DNA of 47,018 bases from positions 1 through 47,018 of the forward strand of contig JBJHDK010000012.1 of assembly GCA_050486505.1 (NCBI GenBank). The letters are read 5' to 3'. Source of the stretch: Fibrobacteria bacterium. Its GTDB lineage: Bacteria; Fibrobacterota; Fibrobacteria; UBA11236. Below are positions 45,286 through 47,018 of the stretch, piece by piece. A model generated the notes under the pieces. That model searched no databases, had not been told where the DNA came from, and was given only the letters and a program-made list of their open reading frames with translations. A program made the translations under genes and the position numbers. Each line of letters starts with the position of its first letter. Within the stretch, counting starts at the first letter, position 1.

Positions 45286-45903
45286 CTAGCGCAATCCCAG
45301 CTCTTTGTGCAGCTGGAAAGATAGCCTCCACCGCGGATGCGCCATCGCTGCCGCGATGGTGCGCTCCCACTCGGCGCGCGTGGCGGCGACATCGCGTTCG
45401 CCCTTGCCGAAGCGCCCGGTGCGAATCTCCTTGGGCTGCAGGTAGTAATGTTCGAATGCCGACTCTTCGAAGGCGGAAAGCTCCTGCCCTTCGTACACGA
45501 GCTTCAATTCGTTTCCCTCGCGCAGCTTCCAGTCGCCGCCTTGCGAAAGCTTCGGGCTGACCGTGACCCAGTCCACGCCGAGCGTGTCTTCCGAAGTGCC
45601 GTTCGTCTCCATCGTGACGTAGTAACCCCGCTCGTGCAACAGCTCCGTCAGCCTCCTGAAGCCTTCCGGTTGAATCGTCGGATCGCCGCCCGTGAGCACC
45701 ACGAACTTCGCGGGATACTCCACGATCCGCTCGACGACCTGCTCCGGCGTCAGTTTTTCCTTCAGGGAAAAATCGGTGTCGCAGAAGTCGCAGGCGAGGT
45801 TGCACCCCGCACCCCGGATGAAGACCGCGGGGGTTCCCGCGTGGTATCCCTCGCCTTGGAGGGAATAGAAGATTTCGGAAAGCCGAATTAGGGGAGAGTC
45901 CAC
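45286..45903 (-). CDS. queE: 7-carboxy-7-deazaguanine synthase (radical SAM)
   Basis: 'EIFYSLQGEG', 'CNLACDFCDT', 'ETNGT', 'VSPK', 'QLHK'; start GTG 45903 or ATG 45927. Confidence 0.93.
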   Translation of the reverse strand: MDSPLIRLSEIFYSLQGEGYHAGTPAVFIRGAGCNLACDFCDTDFSLKEKLTPEQVVERIVEYPAKFVVLTGGDPTIQPEGFRRLTELLHERGYYVTMETNGTSEDTLGVDWVTVSPKLSQGGDWKLREGNELKLVYEGQELSAFEESAFEHYYLQPKEIRTGRFGKGERDVAATRAEWERTIAAAMAHPRWRLSFQLHKELGLR

Positions 45904-46167
45904 GCACAGAAAGATAGCAGGGGGCATAAGCCAACGCATCGAACACCGTGAGGATCCATCCTTCGCTTCGCCGGGCTGCAAGCGCGCCATGCGGCGTTGC
46001 CGCTCCTCGCCATAGATCCGCTATGACTGCGTCGCGGCGCCTTGCCTGACGCGCCTTCGCTCCGGCGCCCCTGTTTGAGACCCCAAAGACTCTCGAGCCG
46101 TCCCTTCGAAAAATCCCTGCACCCCCTAATTCCCAAGCCCCAGGCCCTAAGCCCTGCTTTCCACTCG

Positions 46168-46213
46168 TAATTCATAACTCGTAACTCGTAACTCGTAACT
46201 CGTAACTCGTAAT
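46168..46213. repeat. Heptamer microsatellite (GTAACTC)n
   Basis: GTAATTC ATAACTC (GTAACTC)x4 GTAA. Confidence 0.85.
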
Positions 46214-46252
46214 TGTCCTGCGCGTTCCTCTCCCTCTTCGTACCTTAACCTC

Positions 46253-46672
46253 ATGTCCGACGGCAAAAAACTCGTGCAGGTGGAGAACTACCCAACTCTC
46301 ATCACCGCCGAACTGGCCAAGTCGAAGCTCGACCTCGCCGGCATCGGATCCGAAATTTTCGACGGCGAAACCGCCAACATGAACTGGCTCTACACCGCCG
46401 CCATCGGCGGGGTCAAGCTCATGGTGCGCGAAGAAGACCTCGAAGCCGCACGCGAAGTCCTCGCCGCCGACGTCGAGGCCGCCGCCCCCGAGATTGCCGA
46501 GGAAGACGCGATCTCGGATGACGTGCTGTTCTGCCCTGCCTGCCACTCCCGCGACATCGAAACCCCGGAACGCGAAACCGGCGGATTCTCCCTCGGCGAC
46601 GTCGTCAACCGCTGGCTCGGCGACGCCCGTCCCCGCCGCTGCCGCAAATGCGGGAATGAGTGGAAGGGATGA
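46253..46672 (+). CDS. DUF2007-like protein with C-terminal zinc ribbon
   Basis: 'AELAKSKLDLAGI', 'GGVKLMVREEDLEAAREVL', 'CPACHS...CRKCGNEW'. Confidence 0.82.
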   Translation: MSDGKKLVQVENYPTLITAELAKSKLDLAGIGSEIFDGETANMNWLYTAAIGGVKLMVREEDLEAAREVLAADVEAAAPEIAEEDAISDDVLFCPACHSRDIETPERETGGFSLGDVVNRWLGDARPRRCRKCGNEWKG

Positions 46673-46675
46673 AGT

Positions 46676-46763
46676 GAGCGAGTAGCGGACAGCGGGTAGC
46701 TGACAGCAAACACTGAAAGCCTTCCCTTCCGACTACACGCTACTCGCTGTCCGCTGTCCGCTA
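46676..46763. repeat. Inverted heptamer arrays between convergent genes
   Basis: AGCGAGT/AGCGGAC/AGCGGGT/AGCTGAC ... GCTACTC/GCTGTCC/GCTGTCC. Confidence 0.72.
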
Positions 46764-47018
46764 AAAAGCCTGATTGAACTTCACGATCAACGCAAACCCA
46801 TGCTTGCTGAAGCCCAGGTCGCCGCGCATGGCGCCCACGCGGTCGTTGAAGATCAACCGTCCGCCGACACCGCCTGAATAATTCAGGGATTCCCGGCTCG
46901 CCGTCACGAAATCGGGCCCCACGCGCCCTGCCTCGCCGAACACCGCGACCTGCCAGTCGCGCCCCAACCATGAGCGGATCCCGGGCAATGCCACCGGGAC
47001 CCCGACGCGAAGTGCGGC
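46761..47018 (-). CDS. C-terminal part of an Omp85/BamA-TamA-like outer-membrane protein (partial)
   Basis: 'VFGEAGRV', 'GVGGRL', 'RGDLGFS', terminal 'FNQAF'; runs off the window edge. Confidence 0.68.
   Translation of the reverse strand, partial: AALRVGVPVALPGIRSWLGRDWQVAVFGEAGRVGPDFVTASRESLNYSGGVGGRLIFNDRVGAMRGDLGFSKHGFALIVKFNQAF

Noticed and set aside
44516..45903. queC/queE as a 7-deazaguanine DNA-modification (dpd) defence system
   Set aside because: No dpdA/tgt-like or other dpd genes nearby, and the genes sit among housekeeping genes; ordinary queuosine synthesis is more likely. No preQ1 riboswitch was seen either.
46168..46213. Tandem repeats as a possible CRISPR array
   Set aside because: 7-nt units with no spacers and no cas genes in the window.

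Overview
GC-rich bacterial chromosomal segment. The host is probably an FCB-group (Fibrobacterota-like) organism; this is inferred from protein resemblance and not verified. Housekeeping genes occupy both flanks: lepB, M23/M20/S41 peptidases, fumarase, speA, arsC-crcB, radC and an MFS transporter on the left; citrate synthase, icd, a flavoprotein reductase, queC and queE on the right. A run of small minus-strand accessory genes (15.9-18 kb, 31.6-32.2 kb) is interrupted by two islands. (1) About 18.0-31.6 kb: an IS5 remnant, a c-di-GMP-I (GEMM)-like riboswitch, a stand-alone LuxR HTH gene and a complete type IVa pilus locus. That locus has an apparent PilO-PilP fusion and a secretin carrying an extra C-terminal beta-barrel-like domain. 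(2) About 32.4-39.1 kb: a putative defence island with an AT-richer core, encoding Fic, wHTH-NDT-like, 2TM-HEPN-like, DUF3800-wHTH followed by a structured RNA-like spacer, and an HNH-RecQ fusion. Many host genes have TAnnnT 6-7 nt before the start codon (leaderless-like). Intergenic regions carry GTAG-type REP palindromes and inverted heptamer arrays. No tRNA, rRNA, CRISPR array or integrase was seen. All family calls come from motif recognition by eye; no searches were run.
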